Both the position numbers and the translations under genes were made by a program. The notes below the pieces were generated by a model. The model did not search any database, was not told where the DNA came from, and saw nothing but the letters and a program-made list of their open reading frames with translations. This document shows, piece after piece, positions 50,743-51,168 of a DNA stretch of 51,168 bases. Position 1 is the stretch's first letter; every line of letters begins with the position of its first letter. Source of the DNA: an uncultured Candidatus Saccharibacteria bacterium (GTDB lineage Bacteria > Patescibacteriota > Minisyncoccia > Phycocordibacterales > Zambryskibacteraceae); contig CAYFFP010000001.1 of NCBI GenBank assembly GCA_964342515.1, positions 25,036 to 76,203 of the forward strand, written 5' to 3'.

Positions 50743-51168
50743 CTAAACTTGTTGCTGATAGTTATTTATGCCCTCCATAAGCTTTTGGGCACTTGATACC
50801 TCATTAGTCAGCCCTACGCGGCCACAGAGCTCTAAATAACGCCTAAAACGCTTGCTATACCGAGATCTATAGAAAATACGGTTCATGCTTTCCCTAATAG
50901 CCATAATTTTGAGCAATCGGCTCTGCTGGTACAGAAATTGGCCGTGTTTAGAATGGCGATTAATGGTTGTGCTCTCGTATTTGAGTTTATGGCACCTTCT
51001 ACAAGCAAAATAACCCAATTTCAAATAAAGCCCATTAGTTTTCTTTCCGCAACCGCAGACAAGGTAGCTCCGGCTCCCAAACTTCAATTCTCTTTCGGCC
51101 AGAAGTATTTTTTGTGACTCTTCCGCGAAATTAATTACTAAATAAGTATCCCCATTAAAAGAATACTC
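50743..51168 (-). CDS. Zinc-ribbon hypothetical protein, 5'-truncated by the window edge
   Basis: The frame is open to nt 51168 (…EYSFNGDTYLVINFAEESQKILLAERE-LKFGSRSYLVCGCGKK...FACRRCHKLKYES). Confidence 0.4.
   Translation of the reverse strand, partial: EYSFNGDTYLVINFAEESQKILLAERELKFGSRSYLVCGCGKKTNGLYLKLGYFACRRCHKLKYESTTINRHSKHGQFLYQQSRLLKIMAIRESMNRIFYRSRYSKRFRRYLELCGRVGLTNEVSSAQKLMEGINNYQQQV

Larger units (their letters stand above)
48089..51168. mobile_element. AT-rich integrative element (left end), continues past the window edge
   Basis: tRNA fragment, tyrosine recombinase, ParB-like gene, iteron-like repeats, and an abrupt GC drop at ~48.1 kb. Confidence 0.5.

Noticed and set aside
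1-51168. Alternative genetic code (UGA sense), as in some candidate phyla.
   Set aside because: TGA terminates uvrA (44807-44809), priA (37460-37462) and the ECF sigma gene (9547-9549), in each case with an ATGA overlap. An RF2 gene, which recognises UGA, is also present.
1-51168. CRISPR arrays, rRNA genes, and prophage structural or transposase genes.
   Set aside because: No regularly spaced direct repeats, rRNA-like conserved stretches, capsid/terminase motifs or DDE-transposase motifs were noticed in any frame.

Overview
51-kb bacterial chromosomal fragment using the standard code: TGA ends uvrA, priA and the ECF sigma gene, and an RF2 gene is present. The window is a mosaic. Core blocks of roughly 50% GC carry housekeeping genes: prfB; rpsP-KH-trmD; one 2272-aa rpoB-rpoC fusion ORF followed by dnaG and rpoD; priA plus a def-fmt fusion; hpf; mreB-uvrB-uvrA-uvrC-ddl. 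Three AT-rich accessory blocks (1-8.8 kb, 31.1-35.6 kb, 48.1-51.2 kb) interrupt them, each abutting a tRNA gene or tRNA fragment. There are also three small GC-rich orphan cassettes (11.5-12.1, 13.5-14.5, 47.0-48.0 kb). Many core proteins are fused or truncated (RpoBC, Def-Fmt, short RF2, UvrA, UvrC, HisRS-like), which suggests a reduced-genome lineage such as CPR/Patescibacteria; that is inference only. Toxin-antitoxin genes are frequent (MazF, PIN, HicAB, solo HicB). The main findings follow. (1) A perfect 16-bp palindrome TCCGCCAGCTGGCGGA is translated in-frame as PPAGG inside uvrB, uvrA, uvrC and a DUF2779 nuclease gene. (2) A ~91-nt element predicted to fold as a three-way junction sits in-frame in the GIY-YIG core of uvrC, and another 16-bp palindrome sits in the Fmt part of def-fmt. 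(3) Degenerate tRNA-Asn-derived repeats divide one AT-rich island into cassettes. (4) A duplicated rpoD 3' end brackets a solo HicB cassette. (5) A long hairpin leader sequesters the SD of the DUF2779 gene. No CRISPR array, rRNA or obvious prophage structural genes were seen. All calls come from reading the sequence and ORF translations by eye; no searches were run.
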